This document shows, in pieces, positions 63,301-64,000 of a stretch of DNA of 64,000 nt. The DNA is from Chiloscyllium plagiosum (lineage: Eukaryota). Both the position numbers and the translations under genes were made by a program. Position 1 is the first letter of the stretch, and each line of letters starts with the position of its first letter. The notes beneath the pieces are model-generated. The model saw only the letters and a program-made list of their open reading frames with translations. It searched no databases and was not told the origin of the DNA. The stretch spans positions 4,177,937 through 4,241,936 of the forward strand of contig NC_057754.1 of NCBI RefSeq assembly GCF_004010195.1. Reading direction: 5' to 3'.

Positions 63301-63900
63301 GGTCTGGTGACCCTCCCTCAGAACAGCGTCAGGGGTTCTGTGCACTCTGTGAGCTGGTTCTTAGGAAGCCAGATCTGCATCAATGACAATGCACTTGAGG
63401 GTGACAGGATACTAGTTTCTGTGGAGTTATTTCAGCTGACAACACCAAACCCCAGGAGACTGAGAGTAGTTAGTTTGCGTGTAAAGAGTATTCAAGGCAA
63501 TTTAGACAGTATGAAGTTAGTGGGCAAATGCAGTATTACATGGATAAGGGTGAAGTTATCCAATTTTGTGGGAAAAGCACACTGGCTGAGGATTACTTTA
63601 ATGGTGATAGATTGAGAAACGTCGACGTACACAAGAATCTGTGTGTCCTTGCACGTCAGTCACTGAAAGCAAACACATCAGTGCAACAAGCTGTTAGGAA
63701 GGTACATGGCATGTTAATCTTAATTACAAGAAAATCTGGATACAGAAGCAAGGAACTCTTACCACAGGGCTTTGGTGAGGGCATACCTGGAGTATTATAT
63801 GCAGTTTTGGTCTCCTTAGCTAAGAAAAGGTAAACTTGCATCGAGGGAATGCAAGTTCATTGAACTGAATCCTGAGATGGTAGGTTTGCAATACTGAGAG
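60400..63900 (+). mobile_element. Stacked CR1 LINE fragments with a nested solo LTR (about 63099-63433) and a PLE insert (63221-63324)
   Basis: RT motifs (IYLDFQK, IFINDLDEEVEGWVSKFA, LEYCVQFWS); PLE insert TSD agcgt(t/c)agggg. Confidence 0.7.
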
Positions 63901-64000
63901 AGATTGACCCCAACATTGGACAGTAAAAACGTCTTGGCCGAAAACAACAAATGCTGGAGATCACAGCGGGTCAGACAACCACACTCTCCATGGACAGACA

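Overview
Eukaryotic, repeat-rich vertebrate DNA. HE1-type SINEs, CR1/HER1-type LINEs and Deu-domain SINEs point to an elasmobranch (shark); this assignment is inferred. Two genes lie tail-to-tail. (1) A complete BRMS1 gene on the + strand: CpG-island promoter and non-coding exon 1 near 12.8-13.5 kb, 11 coding exons from 18318 to 32611, 351 aa with all exons. It has a U12-type AT-AC intron, an optional-looking 66-nt exon and a BRMS1L/SUDS3-like C-terminal domain that human BRMS1 lacks. (2) The last 11 coding exons of LTBP3 on the - strand (58360 down to 35864). Introns and intergenic DNA hold CR1, L2, Tx1, Gypsy, LTR, SINE and MITE fragments. They also hold many Penelope-like (PLE) pieces carrying minimal hammerhead-ribozyme motifs, several as fold-back insertions with 10-14 bp target-site duplications. 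There are three assembly gaps. All exons were delimited by eye from splice signals and reading-frame continuity. Gene and repeat names come from recalled homologue sequences, not from database searches.
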